Assembly: GCA_038496445.1 (NCBI GenBank)
Contig: JALMLS010000106.1
Coordinates: forward strand, 1 to 37,255
Direction of reading: 5' to 3'
Source of the DNA: Trichosphaerium sp. ATCC 40318
Lineage: Eukaryota; Protista; Tubulinea
Length of the DNA: 37,255 nucleotides
Positions 22,477-33,400 of this stretch are shown here, piece after piece (position 1 is the first letter of the stretch; the number at the start of each line of letters is the position of its first letter). Below the pieces are notes generated by a model. That model had not been told where the DNA came from and did not search any database. It saw only the letters and a program-made list of their open reading frames with translations. Made by a program: the position numbers and the translations under genes.

Positions 22477-23296
22477 GAAAATCGAACTTGACATATACTT
22501 AGATAATGATGAGTTGTCAGACAACTTGTTCAAAAACAGGTACACGTGACCATAGCATTTTACTTTGTTCCTTACTTACATATGCAGGCAATTATGGGGA
22601 GCTACAAATTTGAACAAGCCAAAACAATTGAGCGCACATTACAAGTACAAGTATTATTAAATAAAATCAAGGAAAAAGATGCAAAACTGGAAGACCAATG
22701 TTTCAAACTGAAAGAGCAAGGAGCTAAATTGGAAGAAAAAGATGCCCAAATTGCTGAACTTCTTGCTCGGCTTGCCAAGCTTGAGAGTAAAAGTAGCTTC
22801 ACTATTAATAAAAAGTAATGTGCTCACCAAACAATGTTCTAGCATGTATCACTATGCTCTCAAACCTTTTTGTTATACGAATTTGTACCAGCGCTATCTA
22901 GTAGTAACAACGTCAAGTGACATAATTTGATTGACTCAAATGTTAGTTTTCAGTCACTTAAATCACGTGTCTGCAAATCACCTTTTTACCAAGCTCTTTA
23001 TCATGTATATGAAGGTATCTCGTACTCCGAGACTATCATCAGTATTGATAATCAGGCAAGCAGTTGATACATAGTTAGCCTCAAAGTGTTTTCTCTTTGC
23101 CACATTAATTCGGTTGAGCTGTTTTCGTGTAATTGCTATTAAGTCACATAAACGTGAGTCAGTCAAGATCTACAACGTTACAAGTCGTGTCTTTCTTATT
23201 GTTAGCTTTACTACGTTTGGTTGAACGGTAAAACAGTACGTCTTGTTTATTATTTAACTTTAACGCCATAATTAGTTTACCACAGCTTCCGTGACA

Positions 23297-24901
23297 ATGT
23301 CTACGCAGGGCGATACGATAAATACAATAAACAGCCTTAAAGGCGACAAAATAACGCCATTATTGCTACCGCCGGAGATACAGCAATATATCAGTATTTT
23401 AGATGAAACCGCGTTCGTTAATTGGTATATTGCAGAGCTAGAGCGCTTTTTTTTTTACTAAACTTTTTCACTGAAAAACACGTTTATAACGATAGTTTCG
23501 CTAATTGACTACCTCTCTAGGCACTTGCTCTGTAAGGATGCAGCGTTATCTACACACTTTAATACATCTATGGAGAAGCATGGGAACTGGTATAAATGGT
23601 GTGAAGAAGGGTTTCGATACAAACAATGTACTTTTGTTGATGGTAAAAAAAACGGACTTAAACGTTATTGGAGTCCTGAAACGCATAAACTTAACAAAGA
23701 ATACATGTGTCAACATGATAAAAAGAATGGTCTTTATAGAGAGTGGAAAAACGGTGTTCTGTTTAAGAGGTATAATTATGTAGATGGTGAGAAAGACAGA
23801 TTCTGTGAACGCTGGTTTGCCGAAACAACAACTTTGGATAAAACTGTGTACTACGCAAAAGGAATCAAAAATGGAGAGTTTAAATCATGGTATAACAATG
23901 GTCAGTTATTAACACAATGTAATTACAAGGGAGGGGAAGTTGAAGGGCTATTGAGTGAGTGGTGGAGGGGAGGACAATTGAAGAAGAAATGTTCTTACGC
24001 TGACAACCAGTTACATGGGATGTTTGAGACTTGGTATGCAAGCGGTCTCCCAGAGACTAAATATAACGTAAAGGATGGTAAAACACATGGTTTACACAAG
24101 AGTTGGTTTTCGGATGGTACATTATCTATCGAGTACACAATGGAGGAAGGAGTGAAACAAGGACTACATCGAGAATGGTATAAATGTGGTCAACTTGAGG
24201 TTCAATGTACTCTCAAGGATGGTAAGAGAAATGGAGAGTATACCCGATGGCATAGAAATGGTAGAGTATGGGCAAAGGCTATTTACAGTGAAGGAGGAGT
24301 AGAAGGAGAGTATAAGAAGTGGTTCGAAAACGGTCAACTTAAAGTGAAGTGTAGTTACATAAATGGGAAAAAAGAAGGAAAGTACCAACAATGGCATGAT
24401 AATGGTAACATCGATGTTGAGTGTTTTATGAAGAATAACCTCAAGGAAGGTATGTATTATCAATGGCATGAAGATGGTACTACAAAGCATAGTCAAGTAG
24501 ATCATAAGTTAGGACTTGAGGAAGGCGCTTATATTAACTGGTATCCGAATGGTAAAATGAAGAGTAAGAATCATTATATCAAAGGTGTTAAGAATGGTTC
24601 TTGTACTTCTTGGTATCATAATGGTATAATGAAGATTTCTTGTACTATTATTAATGGTAAGAAGGAAGGCGTTTACAAGGCTTGGTTTGAGAATGGTAAG
24701 ATGAGGTTGAAGTGTAATTTTGTTGATGGAAAAAAAGACTCTGTTTCTGAAAGTTGGTTTAATGATGGTCAATTGTCTGTTAGGTGTCATTATAAGGAAG
24801 GTCAAAAAGAAGGATTATACGAATCATGGAGCCCTAAAGGAGTTCTAGTAGCCAAGCGTGGTTATAAAGAAGGTATTAAACAGCATGAGTACGATGTATA
24901 G
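23297..24901 (+). CDS. F-box-like N-terminus + MORN-variant (MORN_2/YwqK-like) repeat protein
   Basis: Exon 1 (23297-23424) splices in frame across intron 23425-23520 to a 1381-nt exon, giving LLLPPEIQQYISILDETAFVNW-HLLCKD (F-box-like). This is followed by about 17-18 repeats of ~24 aa with consensus GKKEGxYxxWxxNGxLxxxCxYxx. Confidence 0.88.
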
Positions 24902-25069
24902 ACATTGTAAGAGATGTATTCCGATATTGGGCTAGAGTGCTTCTCTTTGGGAAGTTCTTTAACAAATTAAGTGAAAGATTGTTAATTAAACAAGCTCTCT
25001 AATACGACTTTATTGTGAGTACACTACTCTTTGTTTACATTCAGCAGTAGTACTATGTTGATAGCGAAG

Positions 25070-28000
25070 CTACTGTTTACTCTCAAGGCTGGTAATTCGA
25101 GCACGAAGCTCAGCAATTTGTTTATCTTTTTCCTCCAGTTTAGCACTTTGCTCCTTCATCTGATGTGTTAAGACTGTCAAGTGCATATCATTTGCACTCG
25201 GTTGTTTTGACGCGGCCGTAGTTGTAGCTCCCCATAATTGTCTGTACATGTAAGTAAGGAACAAAGTAAAATGCTATGATCACGTGCACCTGTTTTTGAA
25301 AAAGTTCTCTTCATCGTCTGACAACTCATCATCTGAGTCTATATCACGTTTACTTTGTTTTACGCTTTCATCATCGGTGGCAACGTTCTTTGATGTTTTG
25401 GTAAGTTTTTTGATTTTTGGTGTACTCCCCTTTGATTTGGTTGTTTTACGTTTGTGCTTTACAACTTTTATTATGTATCGTGCTACAGCTTGAACATCTA
25501 ACATGATAACATTAGTACTTTCTACTCAACTTTTTTGGAATACCTTGTGCCACAACCAACTCATCACGCATTGCCTTATTCACTTTGTCTTCGGCAACAA
25601 CAATACCTTTCTTGTCTACAAGTGTGTAGTGACTCTGGTATCCTGGTTTTATTGGTTTACCATTAAAGTTAAAAGTATCATTAGGCTTTTCTGTAACCTA
25701 TTACTGCCAGTAAATAAATAAAATAGCAAAGTCGTTGGTGTACAGGATATACATTTCCTGGTGTGACTAGACTTAAAACAAGAGTTTTTCCTTTGCCTGA
25801 CGTATCATATGAGCAAGCATATTCAAGGCTACTCTACACAATACAGGTTAAGAATAAATTAAGAAACATGAGTTTCATGTACAGTAAAGTAGATGCCTTG
25901 ACCATAATACCCGCCATCTAAAGAACTCACAGTACCAAATCCAGCTTTTACAATACTCAAAGCAGCTTCAGGAGATGTACCATGAACCATCAATAAAACT
26001 GGTGACTGAAAACGTGTAAGATGATTTAGGTTGAATATTATTACCTGTTCTAAAGTGGAGCTGTTGTCGTTGACCAGAGCTTCAAACCTCGCAGCTACAG
26101 CTCTCTTATGACTGTCTTGCTTCCATTCGTCTTTACAAAATAACTTTGGAAGTTCTCTAAATAGTAGTGTAAGCTCTTGTTTATAAAGAACCTGTAAGTT
26201 GTCTTGGCGTTGAGTCAAAAGAGTAAGCTCTGTTGCAATATTATTTGTTGTTAAACGTACTGATGTCTGTGTTTCACTATTGTATTGTACATCCCAAAGT
26301 TATGAGTCAAGACATCATTGCATACAATAAGTGCTTCTACAACAATAATTTGATCATATCCAGGCATTTTTGATAGCTGTTGGTGAAGAAACTCAAGTTC
26401 TCTCTTGGCCACAGTGTTGTCATCGAACAGGTTTAAGGTTCTATAATCTGTTGCTTTTTCAACAGCACCCCTTTGCAATAAAAGTTAGACGAACAATTGT
26501 GAAAGAACACTGACTTGATGTTAGATCTATCCCAGTGATGAGCATACTGTAATCTTGGATTTAAGTCCCAGAAGGTTTCACTTGTTAATCCTTGAGTTTC
26601 AGAGAGTTAGTCACTGTCAAAATGTAAGCACATACCTTCAGACGTGTTACCAAGTACAAGATTTGCTGAAGTAGGATTAATACCATGTTTACAATCTTGG
26701 CACCGACACATATAGGAAATTTCCGTCTGTTGTACTAATTTCTACAAACTTGTTAATAAATATCACTTACACAGAAATTACATGGTTGGGGTTGTGTTCA
26801 CTAACACAACTTTGGCATAACGGCATTCCATTTTTTGTGTCACATTCGTAGCACAAAAACGCTAGATTCAGACTTAGAAAGTGATTGTATTAATACTACC
26901 ATACTTGGCGAGGGTATTATTGTTTTTAGTGAGTTTGTACACCATCCTTCTTTTTTGCATATCTCAGCACAGCTGTCAATGGAGCTGTACGGATTTTTAT
27001 CACTGTGTATGTATTCAGGTAGGTCAAATAGTATGCCTTCCATTAATTCTCCGTGCTCAATCCAAAAACTCTTTAAAAACAACTCGTTATTTGAATGTCA
27101 CAGAATGAAGATAGTCGTACTGAAGATTGTACAACTATGCGATCATATGTACAAATTAAATAACAAATCCCTTTTTGTAATGCAAGTTTAAAATAAGATC
27201 GTGTTGGCTGTTGTAATAACAATCAGTTTACAAGCTCTGTGAAAAAGGAAGGGCATACCAAGTATTGTAACCATTTTGCAAGGTTGAGTCTCCATTTTGG
27301 CCTTTCGTTCACTGTTGCGCAAGCTAACCATAGTGTGCTTGATTGCTTACCATTTGGGAATACTGTCAATACAGTTTCAAATACAGAAATGAACGAGGAA
27401 TCGTTGGCAACGACACCCAATAGTATCTTTTTAAATATTGTTTGTTGCCATAAATTTGTATCCAGTGAAATGGCTTTACTCACTTTCAGTAAAGTAACAA
27501 CAACAGAATTATAGCCAAAGTACGCTAAAGATTGTTACAACAATTATTTAATGACAAAATAACAGTAACAACATTAACGTACCTGCAAGATGGAGAGCTG
27601 TCCATCCATACTTATCTTTTGCTTCGACATCTGCATTTGATCCAAGTAATATTTTAACAACTTTACTGTGTCCATTACGAGCTAGCAAGTGATTTGTGTC
27701 AATTGTGGACTGACAACAATAAAGATACCTGCAAGATGGAGAGCTGTCCATTCATCGTTGTTTTTTCCTTCAGTATCTGCGTTTGAACCAAGCAAAATTT
27801 GAACAACTTTACTGTGTCCATAGCGTGCTAGAGGTATAAGTTACATCACATTTTGTACAATAGGTACCTGCAAGATGGAGGGCAGCAAATCCATTGGTAG
27901 CCTTTGCTTCAATATCTGCGCTTGAACCAAGTAATACTTCGACACTCTTACTGTCTCCAAAGCGCGCTAAAAAGCGTGAGTTACAGTAACTATATATTGA

Positions 28001-28839
28001 TACCTACATACCTGCAATGTGGAGAGCTGTATAACCAATACTAGACTTTGCTTCAATATCTGCTTGTGAACCAAGCAGTATTTCAATGACATCACTGTGT
28101 TTATTACAAGCTAAAAGTGTGATTACCGCAACGGTATTAACAACAATACGGTACCTGCAAGGTGAAGGGCTGTATATCCATCGTTGTCTTTTGCTTCTAT
28201 ATCTGCGTTCGAACCAAGTAATATTTCAATCACTTTACTATGTCCATCACGTGCTAAAAGCGAGAAGTTACATCAATTGTACACTTACAATACGGTACCT
28301 GCGTAATGGAGAGATGTATATCCAATATTATCCTTTGCTTCAATATCTGCTCTTGAACGAAGTAGTATTTCAACAACTTTAATGTGTCCACCACGAGCTA
28401 AAGTGATTTAAACAATTGTACAATTGTAAAACCTCATACCTGCACAATGGAGAGGTGTCCGTCCTCCTTTATCCGTATATTCAAGGTTTGCTCCCATACG
28501 TATGCACATTGTTGCGATATTAGTGAGACTGTGCTGTGCTAAAATGTAGTTTTGATATTGTGAATGAGCGTATTGTACATACCTGAGTACAATAGAATTG
28601 TCTCATCAAACTTTTCGTTACATAATCTGCTGTTTAGCTCCTTTACTACAGATTGTCACAAGATATTAAAAGCCATGTTAAGAGTAAGCGCACGTGTTGT
28701 AATACTTTCGTATTGTCTGCGAAGTATCGCCAATTCGTCTACATTGGAACTGTTAAATGCACACGTGAAAATATCATGTTTCTTGTTACTAACCTTCTAA
28801 CGTTAACGCTTCTTCTGTACTTTGTTTTTGTTCAGACAT
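25070..28839 (-). CDS. Ankyrin / UBR-box-like zinc finger / PARP-type ADP-ribosyltransferase, copy C (7 ankyrin exons)
   Basis: ATG at 28839 (MSEQKQSTEEALTLE). Seven 99-nt ankyrin exons at 27583-28538. Zinc finger CYECDTKNGMPLCQSCVSEHNPNH...CRCQDC. PARP motifs HGT, GIYFT and DELVVAQ. A short coiled coil ends at 25070. Confidence 0.9.
27583..28538 (-). repeat. Array of 7 one-ankyrin-per-exon cassettes (copy C)
   Basis: Exons 28440-28538, 28299-28397, 28155-28253, 28012-28110, 27868-27966, 27729-27827 and 27583-27681 are each 99 nt. Confidence 0.93.
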
Positions 28840-29775
28840 CAAGCGGTGTTGTAACGCACGTTGGATATTAGATAACTGCGAGTATGCTGATTGTGTCGCG
28901 ACATACTTCTGTTCACATTCCATAGGTTGTTGGAGAATAGCACAAAAAGTCAAGCTCTGTTTGTGTTATGTACGTTTAGAGTATTAGAAATACTTAGACA
29001 AACACCACAAATATTTTAATCGTTCAACAAAGCAATTTATCAGTGGTAACAAAAGATACAAGAACAGCTCTGTACTAAGTTATTTTCTTGTCAAAAAGGG
29101 TGTGTACAAATAAACTCGGACTAACTATTTTGTATTTGTCCAAGAAAGTTACAAGAACAGGCAAAAATAAACACTATGGTTTGCACTACATTTCGCGAAA
29201 TAGATTAGAGCCACGATTGACTAAAAAAATGTGCTGTTTTATGTAAAAATGTAGTATTGTATGTTTCATTCAAGTTTTACTAATATTTTCTAGAAAGTGA
29301 GTTTTTAGCACTTTTAGCAGATCTAACAAGATCTGACACTTCTGTCAAATGGTGTAGATCTATCACAATGTGAACTATTTGTGTTACAATGTTGTCCTTC
29401 ATTGTATGACTTAGGTACCTTACGGTAAGTGATAGCAAAATTTTCAATGTAAGTTTCAACATACCATTGAAGATGATCGCAGTATTTTACCTACGCCAAC
29501 TGTACACGGTACGATCAAACCACAGAGGTGTTCAATGCGCTAAAAGCGAATTAAAAAGGTATGATGTCCTACAAAGCTATCGCATTACCACCAAACACGA
29601 TATGAATGCCTCAAAACACTGTTTGCTGTATGTTTTGCTTCAAAAAATCAACGTACGTGTATAACTTACTAGCGCTACGCTAGCGCCTACCCCACGCTAA
29701 CAGAAGCGCTATGGTAGCATCCAAGCAGCAATGAAGGTGCTTGGTCAAAAGATGGAATATTTTTAAACTCAAACG

Positions 29776-30092
29776 CACGCCCTTCCGTTAGACAAATGTT
29801 AACTTGAATGATACGCAATATTGTTCATTTGGATAAGCAGTTTCACGAAGAACAAGCATAGTTCCAAAGAATACTATTAAAATATGTAGAACGTCTGCTG
29901 TTTACTTGGTGCTGTCTTTATGCTACGCTTTGAACAATGAAACTTAACATTGCTCAAAAATCTTGCTTTGTGAACGCAATTTTAATGCCAACCTTGTAAA
30001 ACAATTTGCTGGAGTTCATACTATTCACCTTGATGACACTTCAGTAACAGATGAAAGTGGTTGGAGTGGATACTATTAACCTGGTATGCTAA
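29776..30092 (+). pseudogene. Possible decayed F-box/leucine-rich-repeat gene remnant
   Basis: Interrupted frames give HALPLD, IRNIVHLDKQFH, LVKQFAGVHTIHLDDTSVTDES and, frameshifted, GVDTINLVC*. The last two look like consecutive GVHTLxL...ITDE-type LRRs. Confidence 0.35.
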
Positions 30093-30413
30093 TTCGAGAT
30101 GTAAACAGACATCTTGGCAATCCCGTTTGTTGAAGTAAAACTCAAAAAATTCTGATTTTTCAGATACTGGAGGCACTATCACACTTGAAAGACTCTGGAT
30201 TTCCTTACACGCACCTCCACATAAGCTAGTACCATGCGGCCACGCCCATCAATTTATCACGTGATGATTTCTCGTTAAAGTGTTTTTTAAGCTAGTTGTC
30301 AACAAAACATGGGTATTGGCCTTTTTGGCAAACATTTATTTATTAACACTCATCTTGTGCCAAAAGAAAAAAAAGGCGCTTTGTTCTTTTGTTGTTTTGG
30401 TTTTTTTTTTTTT

Positions 30414-33400
30414 TCAAAGTGTGCCAGAAGCCTCTTCTGGTGGTTGAAAAAGATGATGGGATGGAGGGTATGGATATGGCCATTCTTTGTAGTCTTTTCC
30501 AAATACGAATGTACGTAACCATTCAGACTCAATTTCATCACCATACCTACACAGTAGTGTTAGTAGTTGAAGGCAAAAAAAAAAGTTGTCGAACTTCTGA
30601 AAAAAAACAAGAAGCAAAATGTTGTGTTTTCCCTTGCTCTTTTCCTTACCTCTTATAGTTCTCTGGTAATTTACCATAGTATATTTCATCTCCCTTACCA
30701 ATATATTTTGGATCAATATATACTTGACCATCTATAACAAAAAACAATGATAAGCAATCAACAAACACAAATCGAAAGAAAAAAAGCGAAAAAAAAAAAA
30801 AAAAAACATTTCTTACCTTCCAAAGAGTTGACAGTCTTCGCCATATCATGCATCCTTTTTATCATATTCTGCTTAGATGGCTCCTGAGACTCAAACATGA
30901 ACGCCTGCATTCCTCCAGTATGTTGATCATGATATACTGGATGAGTTTTAGAAATATATTCTAAGAACGCTTCTTTGAAACCATCTAAATCATATTCTTC
31001 TTCAGTAAACTTTCCTTCTTGGATACCCATCTCATAAAGTTCCTCAAGTTGTTCATCATCACACGTATCAAGATCACCCTTATAGTGCAAATACTCGAAA
31101 GGTGTTGAATCAAGACGATCACCAAGACTCTTAATAGCTCTATTCTCAAACCAAGGTGCAACAAAATCAGGAGGAGGTAGTTCACTCAAACCAAGACTTT
31201 TAAGATAAACATCTTCCTTAAACTTTTCTTGTCGTTTACGTGTCTCTTCATCTACAGGCTTATCCTGCTCTTCAGGGTTTATAGGAGCTTCCTCAACATA
31301 CTTACGCATAAGTTCTGCTTGTTTATACATTATATCTTCCTCTGTAAGACCTGTCTTATCGATATACCAAAAAGAATTAGGGTCATCATATTTAGCTTCC
31401 TCAGCTTCAATTAACTTTGGATCCACTGTATCTTCTACCACTTTTTCTTTACGTGGAAAGTCTTCATAATAACGTGTTTCACCATAAGATGTTCCTTTAA
31501 ATTGTCGGCTTGATTTCCATAGTTTTGGTCCGTCTACACGTGGGAATATATGGTATTTTTGTTCAATAGCTAAGAGGGAAAAAAGTGGTAAGTAAAAAAA
31601 AAATAAAAAACTGAATAAACTTTTTTTTGTTGTTGTTTTTTCGTTTGTTGTTCACGTACGCATAGGGAAATGACCTTGTTGTCCGACAATCTTTGATTTA
31701 TCATAATGCCAAAATTTGAATTTCTAATATTTATGTATAAGTAAAATACAAGGATAGAGTAAAGAGCATCAAGCACATTAACATTAAATGTAACAACGAC
31801 AAGAAAAAAAAATTCTTCAGAAATCCCCATCGTTTAAAAGTGTAGTGCGCATATTATTATCATATTTACGCAATATTCATAAAATATTTGCATCGGTGTA
31901 AAGTTGTTTAGCTCACTTTAGTGGAACCTCACAAAAAGAACAAAACAAAAAAGAAAAAAAATCAAGAAAAAAACAGGAATACATACCAACTTTGTGTTAC
32001 TACTCCTAGCACTTCTACAGTATTGATTGAAATCATACACAAACCTATAAAAGAAATAATTAGTATCTTTAAATAATAAAATAAGGCAATACGCGTTGCC
32101 TAGAACGACTAAAAAAAAAAAGTATCCAAAAAAAACAACTTACGTGTCAAAAAGATGTGTATACTCTTTAGCATCGTTTTTAGATAAACTAGTAATCATA
32201 CCGGCTGGGCTGACCTTAGCTGGAGTAACTGTGAACAAGAAAGGCACCCATTTATCTTTTTCCTCCTCGCTGACGCTCTAATAAACGTTAGACAAAATTT
32301 CTTTTCTGTATTCTTTTTCGAAAAAATGGCTTGATTTTCCAAATCCAAAAAAAAAAAAACTGCTCTCGTGTACCCCAAACCAAATTTTTGCTTGAAACGT
32401 TATCTCATCTGGATAGTCCATTTGAAACGTTACTAATTAATATTGATTAATACGGAAAAGAAGAAAATAATAAAGAAGAAATCCTTAAAATAACTCGAAG
32501 AAAAAAACTTACCACAACCGTAACCCATTTCTTCTATAGATAATAAAGTTGATATCTTTTGTGGGTCCAAAATAGGACTCATTCCGCCTATAGTGAACTC
32601 ACGGAATCTAGGCATTATTTGTACAAAGTCTTCTAATATATTAAACGCCAATGGCGTTTTGAACTACAAAAACAAGTTGTTAGTGACAAGAATACTATTT
32701 CACAAATAAAAATTCTGTTCAAGTTGAGAACGTACTTCATGGTTTGCAAATCCAAATATTTCACCAATATAACGATATACCACGAGAATACTTACAATAA
32801 TTCCCCCTTAATTTAAAAAAGTCAGCATAAACCCTCATGTACAAAAGAGCTTAAAGAGTTTCGAAAAAATTCAAAAATTTAAAAAAAAAATTACCTATTG
32901 TTACAATTACCCAAGCAATACCCATCGCAGAACCACCACCGAGTGCAGGAATCCTTACATTCTTTGTCATCCTTCTCATGAAAAAAGTTGGTGCCCATTT
33001 CGCACGGACAACAGCACTTCGTGCTAGAGCTCTATCACCATGAAAGAACCAATCCGCAATTAATCCACGAAAATATAATTGAATATTCCTTTTTGTATTC
33101 TTGATAGGCTGAAAGACAAACCTACTGATTACACCTGGTTTTTTCTTCTTCTTCTTCTTCTTCTTAGGCATTTGACGTGCAGTTATAAGTTTAGGTTCAG
33201 GAAGTGAAAGAAGAGTTCTGACTCTTTGTTTTAAAGTTGGTGTATCCAAGTTTGCCAGAATACCTACTATCTTTTCTCTAGCCTCTATTGCCCAACTATC
33301 ATTTGAATGAATTTGAGATGCATAGTATGTAAGTAGGTCATTTCTACTTCTAGAAAGCAACTTCTTTACTAAATTCTGTTCTTCTTGTTCTCGTTTGTAA

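Noticed and set aside
24164-24805. Minus-strand ORFs inside the MORN gene
   Set aside because: Antisense artefacts of a repetitive, purine-rich coding strand.
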